Source: Nitrospirota bacterium (GTDB lineage: Bacteria > Nitrospirota > Nitrospiria > JACQBW01). From it: DNA of 64,000 bases. The stretch spans positions 3,183 to 67,182 of the forward strand of contig JACOTA010000013.1 of the NCBI GenBank assembly GCA_016178585.1. The letters are read 5' to 3'. A program made the translations under genes and the position numbers. Shown here piece by piece: positions 13,347 to 22,632 of this stretch (position 1 is its first letter; each line of letters starts with the position of its first letter). The notes under the pieces are model-generated. The model did no database searches. It was given only the letters and a program-made list of their open reading frames with translations, and had not been told where the DNA came from.

Positions 13347-13375
13347 ATTATATTCGTAATTGCAAGGCTTGTCAA
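13347..13375 (-). promoter_or_regulatory. Consensus sigma70 promoter (TTGACA-17-TATAAT) abutting the lepA start
   Basis: Minus strand: TTGACA at 13375-13370, 17 nt spacer, TATAAT at 13352-13347. This implies a transcription start only a few nt before ATG 13335. Confidence 0.5.
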
Positions 13376-13492
13376 AATGATTATTGCTGGAGGGGTATTC
13401 CAGGCCGATGGCCATGGGGAAGCACCTTACTACTTGCCTGACCGGAAAATCGTCAAACTCTTCAGCCAAGCATTCAGATGCGAATGATAGAT

Positions 13493-13780
13493 TCAGGTTT
13501 CGGTATAAAAATTCTCGGTTTGCTTTTCAGCGGAAGGATTGCTGATTTTTTGCACATAGTGCCTGGCCCAGCTCAAAAAAATAGAAGCGCTGTCTTTCAT
13601 AGACTCAGACCCCTCAATCATCGGCCCTAGCTGTTCATCGCTGAATCCTTTTACGCGGAGCTCGTCGACTTTATGGTCATAAACTGATGTGAAATCCTGC
13701 AACGCTTTCAGCACGTTGGTTAATGACTTTTCGATTTCAGGATCCATTTCAATCATATATTTTACTCCGCATGTGGCCAT
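13493..13780 (-). CDS. Hypothetical protein (95 aa) downstream of OFOR-1 delta
   Basis: ORF with acidic, non-repetitive composition. No motif recognised. Confidence 0.4.
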   Translation of the reverse strand: MATCGVKYMIEMDPEIEKSLTNVLKALQDFTSVYDHKVDELRVKGFSDEQLGPMIEGSESMKDSASIFLSWARHYVQKISNPSAEKQTENFYTET

Positions 13781-13806
13781 TCCCTTAAGGAATCCCTTTT
13801 ATAAGG

Positions 13807-14019
13807 TTATCGCATGACCATGGTAATCGCCATGTGTTTTGCATTATCACAAACGACCACGCAGAGCTCACACCCTTTGCATCGATTTTCGACAACATAG
13901 GCTTTCTTTTTGTTAGGGTCGAGTTTAATCGTATCGGCTTCCGGGCAATAAAGAATACAGAGCCGGCACCCCTTGTTGGCAATACATTTATCGTCATCAA
14001 CCTGTGCAACAGCGTACAT
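13807..14019 (-). CDS. 2-oxoacid:ferredoxin oxidoreductase delta subunit (2x[4Fe-4S] ferredoxin), operon 1
   Basis: 70 aa carrying two CxxCxxCxxxCP-type clusters. Confidence 0.8.
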   Translation of the reverse strand: MYAVAQVDDDKCIANKGCRLCILYCPEADTIKLDPNKKKAYVVENRCKGCELCVVVCDNAKHMAITMVMR

Positions 14020-14046
14020 TCAGAAATTCTCCTTTTTCTTCGAAAA

Positions 14047-14727
14047 TTAAACCAACATGGCTGATTGAGACTCCGCCCAGGCGGAACTTATTTCATACCC
14101 TTTCACAATTGTTTCGAGGTTTTTCTGGAGAAGCTGTTCTTTTTTAGCGAATTTTTTCTTAATGGCTTCGTCCAACGTCGCAGTTCCGCCCGAAGCGACG
14201 TATTTTTTTCCAAACCGGTCGGCAAGCGCCTTTTCCATCGATTCCATCTTGACGATTTTTGTGGCTCCCACCAGGGCGCCTAACATGGCCATATTGGTGG
14301 CCAGTTCGGTTCCTGCGATATCCACGGCGATCTGCGTCGCGTCTATGTATAAAAGCTTTGCTTCCAACTCTCCAAGCCGGGCGGTATCTTCCTCACTGAG
14401 CAAAGGGTGATCGGTATTAATAATGACCAGCCCGCCCCGTTTCAGGCCAGAATAAAACGGCATGGTGTAACATTTTCCCTGAGTGTAGACCTGAGGGTGG
14501 TATATCATAATAATGTCGGGATAGACAATTTCGCCTCTGTCATAAATTTTTTGGTCAGCAATTCTGACATAGCTTTCCGCCGGGGCCATCCGTTTTTCAG
14601 CTCCAAAAAAGGGATTTGAAATCGCATTCCTTCCCTCTTTGTAAACGGCTGTGGCTAAAACATGCGCGGAAGTGACCGCCCCCTGTCCTCCTAACCCTGA
14701 AATTCGAACATTGATTCTTTTTCTCAT
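14047..14727 (-). CDS. 2-oxoacid:ferredoxin oxidoreductase gamma subunit, operon 1
   Basis: 226 aa. Paralogous to 33473-34174 (shared motifs GGQG, TELATNMAMLGA). Confidence 0.8.
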   Translation of the reverse strand: MRKRINVRISGLGGQGAVTSAHVLATAVYKEGRNAISNPFFGAEKRMAPAESYVRIADQKIYDRGEIVYPDIIMIYHPQVYTQGKCYTMPFYSGLKRGGLVIINTDHPLLSEEDTARLGELEAKLLYIDATQIAVDIAGTELATNMAMLGALVGATKIVKMESMEKALADRFGKKYVASGGTATLDEAIKKKFAKKEQLLQKNLETIVKGYEISSAWAESQSAMLV

Positions 14728-14729
14728 CT

Positions 14730-15644
14730 TTATTTCACTCCTGCCGGTACGGCCGTTCCAATTTTTGCGGCGGCAGCCGCTAATTTTTTCTTGGCATCCA
14801 GTTCGGCCAAAAACGCTTTGGCTTCGTCAGTAATAAATTCTCTAAATGCGAAACGGTCAGCGGGCCCTTCAGAATCTCTCATCTCCTGAAGACCTTCCAT
14901 GCTCTGCTTTCCGATTTCAAGAATGCAGGGGGTGTAAATCTGCACGTAAGTCGGACCGATGGTTCTCGCGATTAAAATCGCGTTTTTTAGAACCCTTTCG
15001 ACCAGATTCGGCTTGCTGACGGTTAAAATGGCGACATAGGCACAGCCCGATTCCCGCGCAATTTCCGGCATACGGACTTTGTTGAATTTTTTCCCCTGAG
15101 GCGCCATTTTCATGACAAACCCTTTCTGGGTCAACCCGCTTTCCTGCCCGCCGGTATTTGCATAAAGTTCATTGTCAAAACAGATGGTTGTGAATTTCTC
15201 CTGGCGGAACCACGATTGAAGGGTCATGTCCAAACCGATATCGACCGTCGCACCATCGCCCGCGAGAACAACCACATCTTTTTCTTTTTCAGGAAATCTG
15301 ACTTTAAGCGCCCTTTTTAAACCTGAGGCAACCGCGTTTTGATTTCCGAAGAGAGAATGAATATTATGAACCGCGACATGGGGAAATACGAGACTGGTAC
15401 ACCCTGTCGACCCGACCATTACGGTATCTTCAGGATTCGGGAGCGAGGCCAAAACATACCGAAAGGCAATTGACTCCGGGCAGCCCGCACAGAGGGAATG
15501 TTCCTCAATCAGTTCTTTTGCACTGCCGATATCTTTCCATCCGCGGTTTTCTTTTCCATAGGTTGCGTCGGCAACAAGCTCTCTATATTCAACCGGCATA
15601 ATATCTTCTAAATCTTTCGAAATCTTGATTTTATCTTTACCCAT
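14730..15644 (-). CDS. 2-oxoacid:ferredoxin oxidoreductase beta subunit (TPP-binding), operon 1
   Basis: Motif GDGATVDIG. Start reassigned to the internal MGKDKIKISKDL (15644) so that it no longer overlaps alpha by 56 nt. N-terminus parallels that of beta-2. Confidence 0.8.
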   Translation of the reverse strand: MGKDKIKISKDLEDIMPVEYRELVADATYGKENRGWKDIGSAKELIEEHSLCAGCPESIAFRYVLASLPNPEDTVMVGSTGCTSLVFPHVAVHNIHSLFGNQNAVASGLKRALKVRFPEKEKDVVVLAGDGATVDIGLDMTLQSWFRQEKFTTICFDNELYANTGGQESGLTQKGFVMKMAPQGKKFNKVRMPEIARESGCAYVAILTVSKPNLVERVLKNAILIARTIGPTYVQIYTPCILEIGKQSMEGLQEMRDSEGPADRFAFREFITDEAKAFLAELDAKKKLAAAAAKIGTAVPAGVK

Positions 15645-16842
15645 GGACAAGCTCCTTTTTCCTAAGATGGATTTGCTTTTTAATCTCTTCAACGATCACT
15701 TCAGGGGGCAGGGTCATTCCACCGGCAACGTGAGGGCCGGCAATCACGCGATCGTTCCGGTCAATCACCGATTTAATTTCTCTCGCCATCCAGCCGGCCA
15801 CGTTAAACTCGGGCACAAAAATGAGTTTGGCATTCTTTGTCGCCCGACGGATTTCCTCGGTGGGGAACGGACGAATGGTTTTAATTTTAACCAGTCCGAC
15901 TTTAATTCCCTCTTCGTTCAATAAACGAATCGCTTCCCGTCCTTGAGCAACCGCCGTTCCTGAAGAAACAATCAGAATGTCGGCATCGGTGTTTTCTTCT
16001 TCAATCAAGCTTCCTCCCAGGTAACGGAGCGAATATTTTCTCGACCGTTCAATGGCAGCCTTAATTTCCTGCTGCCAGCTTGCGTGGGTCGCGTAGCTGA
16101 TATAATTGCTCTTCATCACGAAGGGGTCTCTCATCATCCGGACAGGCGGAGTCTCCATATCCATACAGGGAACGGGAGAACGATAAGGGTCATAATGGGG
16201 AATACAGATGTCGGCGCCGGTTAAGGAAACCATCTCTTTGGTATGGCTGACAAAGAAACCATCGATACAAACCGCAATGGGAAGATGAACATCCGGCTGT
16301 TCAGCCACAATAAATCCTTTCAGGAGCATATCAAACAATTCCTGGGCGGTCTCAGCGTGCCAGATGAGCATTCCGGTGTCTAATAAAAATGCCATCTCCA
16401 GAGTATCCGGCTGAATATTCAAAGGTGAGTTGACACCGCGAACCATCACGTTAATCATAATGGGAAGCCTTGACCCTGCCCACATCGGAAAGTTTTCAAA
16501 CGCTCTTAACGTGCCGGGGCCTGACGTCGTGGTAAAAACCCTTGCGCCTCCAAAAGCGGCGCCGGCGCATTCACCCATCACGGCAAATTCGTTTTCACCT
16601 CTGAAATAATCCCCGACATACCCTTCTGTCCATAACTCCCCGATTAAAGCTGAAGCTTCACTCTGAGGGGTAATAGGATAAGCCACGGAGATGTCAACAC
16701 TGGCTCTCCTGATCGCCTCTTTTACCACTTCGCTCCCCGTTAAGAAAAATTCCTGCCTGGGAGCTTCGAAAAACATATATTCTGGTTGAACAAACTTTTG
16801 TCCCTTCTTATTTAACGTTCCAATCAGATTATTCCCACCCAT
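15637..16842 (-). CDS. 2-oxoacid:ferredoxin oxidoreductase alpha subunit, operon 1
   Basis: 401 aa. Pyruvate-flavodoxin/ferredoxin oxidoreductase domains. Paralogous to 35144-36400. Confidence 0.8.
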   Translation of the reverse strand: MGGNNLIGTLNKKGQKFVQPEYMFFEAPRQEFFLTGSEVVKEAIRRASVDISVAYPITPQSEASALIGELWTEGYVGDYFRGENEFAVMGECAGAAFGGARVFTTTSGPGTLRAFENFPMWAGSRLPIMINVMVRGVNSPLNIQPDTLEMAFLLDTGMLIWHAETAQELFDMLLKGFIVAEQPDVHLPIAVCIDGFFVSHTKEMVSLTGADICIPHYDPYRSPVPCMDMETPPVRMMRDPFVMKSNYISYATHASWQQEIKAAIERSRKYSLRYLGGSLIEEENTDADILIVSSGTAVAQGREAIRLLNEEGIKVGLVKIKTIRPFPTEEIRRATKNAKLIFVPEFNVAGWMAREIKSVIDRNDRVIAGPHVAGGMTLPPEVIVEEIKKQIHLRKKELVHG

Positions 16843-17052
16843 TTTACTTTTCCTCCCTCATTAGCGGAATTTTTATGTAAAACTAAAATTAACAGATCTA
16901 TTTGAATCTACTGGTGTTTTTCGTATTTTTTTCTTAAAAAACATTAAAATTAAAACGGATAAAACCTTCCTTTTTCATTATTTTTTATAAAAGCCTTTTT
17001 CAAAAGTATAAAACCCCGGGGCATGATAAGTCAAGATAATAATTTTTAATCC

Positions 17053-17089
17053 TACTCATTATTGAGGAAGAATTCATCAATAATGAGTA
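17053..17089. promoter_or_regulatory. Perfect 13-bp inverted repeat (TACTCATTATTGA-11-TCAATAATGAGTA), candidate operator
   Basis: Seen directly in the AT-rich divergent intergenic region between OFOR-1 alpha and htrA. Confidence 0.4.
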
Positions 17090-17237
17090 TTTACTCAAAA
17101 CCCGTTTTAACGGCAAGGTAATCTTAAAAGATAAAACGGATTGGAGTCAACTGGAATCAGCGGGGCCCTTTCATTTTTCTTTAAAAGCCCCTGTTAATAT
17201 GCTATAAATTTAAAATCACATTAATGGAGGTTTTTAA

Positions 17238-18647
17238 ATGACTTTAAATAATACAAGGATTTCGGTAAAAAAATGGAAGTCCAGTTTGGTCTTATTTTCC
17301 GCTCTATTTTGTTTGATTTCCGGCTTTCCTCTTTTAGCAAAGACCGCCGGTCTGGAGGATGCCATTAAATTTCTGGACCAAACCCAAAATGTTTTTATTG
17401 ATATCGCGGCAAAAGCTAAACCGGCGGTGGTGAATATTTCTCCGGCTCAGGCGCTCTCCCATGCCGGAAGACAGGATGAGGCGCCGGCGGAAAGGAGAAG
17501 ACCGGAAGTCCCCCAGGGATCGGGTTCCGGAGTCATTATTGATAAAAAAGGACTCATTATCACCAACCAGCATGTCGTGGGAGACGCGAAAGAGGTTGAA
17601 GTCCGTCTGTCGGATAAACGAAAATTTACCGGAAAGGTTATTGGAAGAGACAGCGATACCGATGTGGCTGTGGTGAAAATTGAGGCGTCTGATTTACCGA
17701 CCCTTGCCGTCGGCGATTCGTCGAAAGTTAAAGTCGGGCAATGGGCAATTGCGGTGGGAAATCCTTTCGGGCTTGAAGGAACCGTGACGCTGGGGGTTAT
17801 CAGCGCCACAGGCCGGGAGAGCGTTAATTTGTCCCGCTATGAGGATTTTATTCAAACCGACGCCTCGATCAACCCGGGCAACAGCGGGGGACCTCTTTTA
17901 AACTTAAAGGGTGAAATCATCGGCATCAACACGGCGATCATTAATTTTGCTCAGGGAATAGGATTTGCCATACCCTCGAACATGGTTCAGGAAATTGTCA
18001 CCCAACTGGTTTCGACAGGGAAAGTGACCCGCGGATGGCTCGGAATCGGCATTCAGGAAGTCAGCACGGATTTAGCCGAAAAGTTCCACATTAAGGAAGG
18101 GGAAGGCATCCTGGTCAGCGAAGTTTTTGAAGGAGACCCCGCCGCCCGCGCAGGAATTCAGCCCGGTGATATTATTACAAAAATAAACGGTCATGACATC
18201 ACCTCCACCAGCACCCTCTCCCGGCTCATTGCAAGCCTGCCACCGGGTAAAAAAACAGATATGGTCATTTTGCGCGATGGAAAACCTAAAACGATCTCGA
18301 TCACGCTGGGTGAAAGAAAAGACGAACAGAAGGTTGCCAGCGCTCAAAAAGAAACCGGCAATCTTCTCGGAATTACCGTGACTGAAATCAATCCTGATCT
18401 GAAGGAGAAATATAAATTAAAAATTGAAAAAGGAGTTTTAATTTCAAAACTCGATTCTGAAGGGCGTTATGATACAGATGCGTTGAAAGAAGGCGACGTC
18501 ATTAAGAAAATGAGGGATGATAAAATAGAAACCATCAACGACTTTAACGAGGCGGTTAAAAAGATCAAGGAAAACGAATCCGTCCTGATCTATGTTAATA
18601 GAGAAAACCGGTCGTTCTTCATCGTCTTAAAACCGAAGGAAAAGTGA
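17238..18647 (+). CDS. HtrA/DegP-family periplasmic serine protease with two PDZ domains
   Basis: 469 aa with a signal peptide. Active-site motifs TNQHVV, DVAVVKI and GNSGGPL. GGAGG RBS. Confidence 0.85.
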   Translation: MTLNNTRISVKKWKSSLVLFSALFCLISGFPLLAKTAGLEDAIKFLDQTQNVFIDIAAKAKPAVVNISPAQALSHAGRQDEAPAERRRPEVPQGSGSGVIIDKKGLIITNQHVVGDAKEVEVRLSDKRKFTGKVIGRDSDTDVAVVKIEASDLPTLAVGDSSKVKVGQWAIAVGNPFGLEGTVTLGVISATGRESVNLSRYEDFIQTDASINPGNSGGPLLNLKGEIIGINTAIINFAQGIGFAIPSNMVQEIVTQLVSTGKVTRGWLGIGIQEVSTDLAEKFHIKEGEGILVSEVFEGDPAARAGIQPGDIITKINGHDITSTSTLSRLIASLPPGKKTDMVILRDGKPKTISITLGERKDEQKVASAQKETGNLLGITVTEINPDLKEKYKLKIEKGVLISKLDSEGRYDTDALKEGDVIKKMRDDKIETINDFNEAVKKIKENESVLIYVNRENRSFFIVLKPKEK

Positions 18648-18702
18648 AAAAATAACAAAAACACCTGAATATTTTCGATAACCCGTTCGAAGGAGTCTAA
18701 TT

Positions 18703-19896
18703 ATTAATCAGCAACGGAATATCCTCATCTCTGTTTCCGGACAAGACAAACCCGGCATCACCGCCGGGTTAACCGGTCTCATTTCAACCCTGGGCGCCAA
18801 CCTGATCGATATCGAACAGGTCGTCACCCGTTCCCTTCTTTCCCTTTCCATGATCGTCAGCCTTGATTCAGAAAAAAATCACCAGGACCTGATCAAAGAG
18901 CTCCTCTTCAAAGCTCATGAACTCGGCGTTCACCTGACTTTCCATGTGCTGGAGGAAACGGAACTCAAGAAACATGCAGATAAACAGAACTTCGTCATCA
19001 CCTGTCTGGGTGAAGAGGTCAACGCTAAAGTCATCGCTAAATTAAGCGGACTTCTCTTTGAAGAAGGAATCAATATAGAAAAGATCGGAAAACTGACTCA
19101 GGATAAACTCAATTGCATAGAAATGACGATCAACACTGAGAAAAACATCAACCCCAGGGAAATGACGAAAAAGCTTCTCCATTTAAATGCCGAATTTGGC
19201 GTCGATATCGCCGTTCAAAAAGAGTCGTTGTTCCGCCGGGCAAAACGGTTAATCGTCATGGATATGGATTCCACGCTTGTTCAAATGGAAGGAATCGACG
19301 AATTGGCCAAAGAGGCCGGTGTTGGACCAAAGGTTTCGCAAATTACCGAAAGAGCCATGAACGGTGAGTTAAATTTTCAAGAGGCGTTAAGGGAACGGGT
19401 ACGTTTATTAAAAGGCCTCCCCGAGGAAACTCTTCAAAAGGTATACGCCAGAATACCCTTTACCAAAGGGGCCAAAGAGCTGGTCCGGATTTTAAAAAAA
19501 ATGGGGTATAAAACCGCGGTTTTAAGCGGAGGATTCAATTATTTTACCGATCGTCTGAAAAAAGAGCTGGGATTGGATTACGCCTACTCCAACCAGCTGG
19601 AAATCATCAATGGAAAACTGACCGGGGAAGTTTTAGGCGAAATTGTCGACGGGTTAAAAAAATCGGACCTGATGGAGGAGATCGCGGCTAAAGAGGGAAT
19701 TTCGCTCGACCAGGTTATTGCGATCGGTGATGGGGCGAATGATTTAATGATGATTGGCAAAGCCGGTTTGGGAATTGCGTTTAACGCAAAACCAAAAGTC
19801 AGGGAAGCCGCGCAATACAGTATTACCCAGAAAAATCTTGACGCCATCCTCTATTTACTGGGAATCAGTGATAAGGACGTCGCCCAGTTAAGCTGA
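18703..19896 (+). CDS. serB: Phosphoserine phosphatase with N-terminal ACT domain
   Basis: HAD motifs DMDSTL and GDGANDL. The reading frame is open from 18682 and encodes an ACT-like ILISVSGQDKPGITAGLTG upstream of the first ATG (18850), so a non-ATG start (ATT/ATC near 18700-18721, AGGAG at 18691) is likely. Confidence 0.75.
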   Translation: MNQQRNILISVSGQDKPGITAGLTGLISTLGANLIDIEQVVTRSLLSLSMIVSLDSEKNHQDLIKELLFKAHELGVHLTFHVLEETELKKHADKQNFVITCLGEEVNAKVIAKLSGLLFEEGINIEKIGKLTQDKLNCIEMTINTEKNINPREMTKKLLHLNAEFGVDIAVQKESLFRRAKRLIVMDMDSTLVQMEGIDELAKEAGVGPKVSQITERAMNGELNFQEALRERVRLLKGLPEETLQKVYARIPFTKGAKELVRILKKMGYKTAVLSGGFNYFTDRLKKELGLDYAYSNQLEIINGKLTGEVLGEIVDGLKKSDLMEEIAAKEGISLDQVIAIGDGANDLMMIGKAGLGIAFNAKPKVREAAQYSITQKNLDAILYLLGISDKDVAQLS

Positions 19897-19940
19897 GCTG
19901 TTTCATTGTTACATTGTTTAAGGGTTGAATTGAGAAAAAT

Positions 19941-20150
19941 TTAAATAATGATTTTAACCGGTTTTGTGGTCTTCTCCGTCCGTTCCCCTATCGAGGTTCC
20001 ACAATAAACACACCGATACTCAAAAAGCTGCCCATCGGGAAGAACCAACAATAACCTTTCTCTAATCTGAACAGCCCTCGCGCATTTGGGACAATACAAA
20101 AGCGAGGCTTGAAGCTGGTCAAAACTTTTGGCCGGCGGGGTTTTTTTCAT
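19941..20150 (-). CDS. Zinc-ribbon small protein
   Basis: 69 aa. CPKC...CVYC pairs. Confidence 0.5.
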   Translation of the reverse strand: MKKTPPAKSFDQLQASLLYCPKCARAVQIRERLLLVLPDGQLFEYRCVYCGTSIGERTEKTTKPVKIII

Positions 20151-20527
20151 CTTTTTCTTTCAACTAATTCAATTTCATAACGGTCGGGCGCGTCTATAAA
20201 AGCAAAACAACCGCCGCCTGAAGATTCTGTCGGCCCGTCGGTCAGAGAAATTCCTTTTTCAGCCAGGTATGCGGCGAACTTCTTCAAGTCCTTAACTTCG
20301 AAAGCCAGATGGACCAGGTCTTCCTGGACCTCGACTTTTCCGCTTTTGGGATAGTGACACAGTTCAATCTCCGCTTCACTTCCCGGAACCTTAAGAAAAA
20401 CCAATTCAGAACCCCGCGGAGACTTATGGCGGCTGACTAACGTTAAGCCGAGGATATCGCAAAAAAAATGAACATGCTCGTCCATATTATTAACCCTTAA
20501 CCGTGTATGCAATAATTTTGTAATCAA
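20147..20527 (-). CDS. VOC (glyoxalase/bleomycin-resistance) family protein
   Basis: 126 aa. Fold-type pattern only. Confidence 0.5.
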   Translation of the reverse strand: MITKLLHTRLRVNNMDEHVHFFCDILGLTLVSRHKSPRGSELVFLKVPGSEAEIELCHYPKSGKVEVQEDLVHLAFEVKDLKKFAAYLAEKGISLTDGPTESSGGGCFAFIDAPDRYEIELVERKR

Positions 20528-20534
20528 TCTATTT

Positions 20535-20642
20535 TATTCAGGGGCCTGTGCCACAAAGCTTGCTCGCGAGCGTTCCCGCAGCGAAGCTATGTTTTCATGC
20601 CCCCGAACCCCGCGTTCCGCAACGGCAAAGCCGGTTGCTTCA
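20535..20642 (-). repeat. F1 element, copy 3 (HDAC-like|VOC)
   Basis: Same conserved ends with a longer variable hairpin. Confidence 0.8.
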
Positions 20643-20648
20643 GCACTC

Positions 20649-21614
20649 TTACTCCATTAATACGGAAATATGTTTTTCAACCGACTCAGCCAATGCCTCA
20701 AGATGATATCCCCCTTCAAGAACCGAAACCAGCCTCCCGTCGCAGAATTGTTCAGCCATCTGCCTGACGATAGAGGTTAATCTGCCAAACCCATCGGTTG
20801 AAACCGCCATTCCCGCAAGGGGATCATCCTTGTGAGCATCAAACCCTGCGGAAATAAAAATAAACTGAGGTTTAAAAATTTCAAGCCGGGGAAAAAGGAT
20901 ATTTTCAAACGGGTCAAAATATTCCCGATCTCCCGAACCCTGATCAAGGGGACAGTTCAGGGTATACCCTTCCCCGGGGCCTTTACCGGTTTCTCCCGAA
21001 CGGCCTGTTCCGGGATAAAACGGGAATTGATGGACACTAAAATAGAAAACAGCGGGGTCTTCATAAAAAATCTCCTGAGTTCCGTTCCCGTGGTGGACAT
21101 CCCAGTCAATAATCGCAACCCGTTCCAGCTTATATTTTTGTTGTACATAACGGGCGCCAACAGCTACATTGTTGATCAGGCAAAACCCCATGGCCTGGTT
21201 AATTTTTGCATGATGCCCTGGAGGCCGAACGGCACAAAAGGCATTTTTAATTTTTCCCGTCATCATCTCATCAATAGCCTGGCAAACCCCTCCGGCCGCA
21301 AGAAGCGCTGTCTTAAAAGAAACAGAAGAAACCGGCGTATCAGGATCGAGATAAGAAAGGCCGTCCTGGGATGCAAAAGATGCCAGCCGCTCAATATACT
21401 CTCGTTGGTGAACCTTTAAAACAAACTCACGGTCAGCAAAACGAGGCTTAATCTGAAATAATTGATCGATCAGACCTTTTTGGTGAATTCTCCTGTCGAT
21501 AAAATCCAGGCGGGAAGGTGTTTCAGGATGGCCGGTTCCCGTGAGATGTTCCCGGTAACGGACGTCTGTTAAAAATCCGGTTTTAGGTTTGTTTTCCATA
21601 AAGATTACCGGCAA
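20649..21614 (-). CDS. Histone deacetylase-family (AcuC/Hda-like) protein
   Basis: Motifs DWDVHHGNGTQEIF and GFCLINNVAV. Confidence 0.8.
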   Translation of the reverse strand: MPVIFMENKPKTGFLTDVRYREHLTGTGHPETPSRLDFIDRRIHQKGLIDQLFQIKPRFADREFVLKVHQREYIERLASFASQDGLSYLDPDTPVSSVSFKTALLAAGGVCQAIDEMMTGKIKNAFCAVRPPGHHAKINQAMGFCLINNVAVGARYVQQKYKLERVAIIDWDVHHGNGTQEIFYEDPAVFYFSVHQFPFYPGTGRSGETGKGPGEGYTLNCPLDQGSGDREYFDPFENILFPRLEIFKPQFIFISAGFDAHKDDPLAGMAVSTDGFGRLTSIVRQMAEQFCDGRLVSVLEGGYHLEALAESVEKHISVLME

Positions 21615-21657
21615 TCCTTAAATTTCAGGTGGTCTCCCTAAACCTGAACGATTATCA

Positions 21658-22404
21658 TTACAGCAGCGAGATCAGCTCATAATACTGCTTTTGGGGCCTC
21701 TGGCTTAATTTTTCAGCCAATCGTCTTGCCTCTTCAAATAAACCAGCGCGCTCATAACAGGCCATCGCCTCTTTGTACTTTTCAGTCATCTCAAAAAGGC
21801 GTCCCGCCTGTCCGAATTGATTTCCTCTTTGATATATCTCAATCGATCGGTTAATCATTCCCAATTTTTCCGCCAACTGGCAGGCTTCGTCAATCATCCC
21901 TTCTTTTTCAAGGTCATCAATTTGACGTTTAAACAATTGAGCCGATTTTTCTTTTTGCCCGGCCTCTTCGGCTAACCGGGCGGCGTCGTCATACCACCCC
22001 GCTTTTTCATAAAGTTCGATCGCCCGGTTGACCTGGGTCATCCCCTCGGCGATTTCTGCCGATTTTTGAAGTTTCCCGGCCTTTTCATAATGTAAAATCG
22101 CTTCTTCATTTAATCCAAGGTAATAAGCGATTCTCCCCGCCTCCTCGGCTCTGTCTTCTTTTACCAGTTGTTCATAAAACCGACGGTACAGGGCAATAGA
22201 CCGCTGGGGGTCGCCTAACTGTTTCGCAAGTTTTCCCGCCTCTTCAAGTTTCCCATCCTGCTCATAGGACAAAATAAGTAACGGTCCTGCCTTTGGAATT
22301 GAAGCCTTCAGCGCTTTTTTTAAAAACTCGATCTTCCCTTCTTTGGTTGCCAGGGCGTTTAAAATTTCCTGAAACTGCTGTTCAATCTGGTCTTTGACCG
22401 TCAT
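21658..22404 (-). CDS. TPR/HEAT-like helical repeat protein
   Basis: 248 aa with a recurring ~30 aa module A.KLG....A.ELYEKAG. Confidence 0.5.
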   Translation of the reverse strand: MTVKDQIEQQFQEILNALATKEGKIEFLKKALKASIPKAGPLLILSYEQDGKLEEAGKLAKQLGDPQRSIALYRRFYEQLVKEDRAEEAGRIAYYLGLNEEAILHYEKAGKLQKSAEIAEGMTQVNRAIELYEKAGWYDDAARLAEEAGQKEKSAQLFKRQIDDLEKEGMIDEACQLAEKLGMINRSIEIYQRGNQFGQAGRLFEMTEKYKEAMACYERAGLFEEARRLAEKLSQRPQKQYYELISLL

Positions 22405-22495
22405 TTATTCTTTCCAAAACGAATCATTTTTCAATAAACGCATCCATCCGATCATACTGGATTCTGTGACACCCGGTCAATCACCTTTTATCCAC

Positions 22496-22632
22496 CCAAG
22501 ACCAGCGATAGACTTCGCACCCACTTATTAATCATGTCATTGCGAGCACCGAAGGGTGCGTGGCAATCTTATCGTAAAGTCTTGAGATTGCTTCACTTTG
22601 TTCGCAATGACAGCTTTCTAACTCTGTTCTTG
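22496..22632 (-). repeat. 137-bp element, copy A (inverted relative to B and C)
   Basis: Exact reverse complement of 24706-24842. Overlaps the ABC-F stop and last 4 codons. Confidence 0.9.

Noticed and set aside
20832-21419. 195-aa + strand ORF.
   Set aside because: Entirely antisense to the well-supported HDAC-family gene. Basic, low-complexity translation with no RBS.
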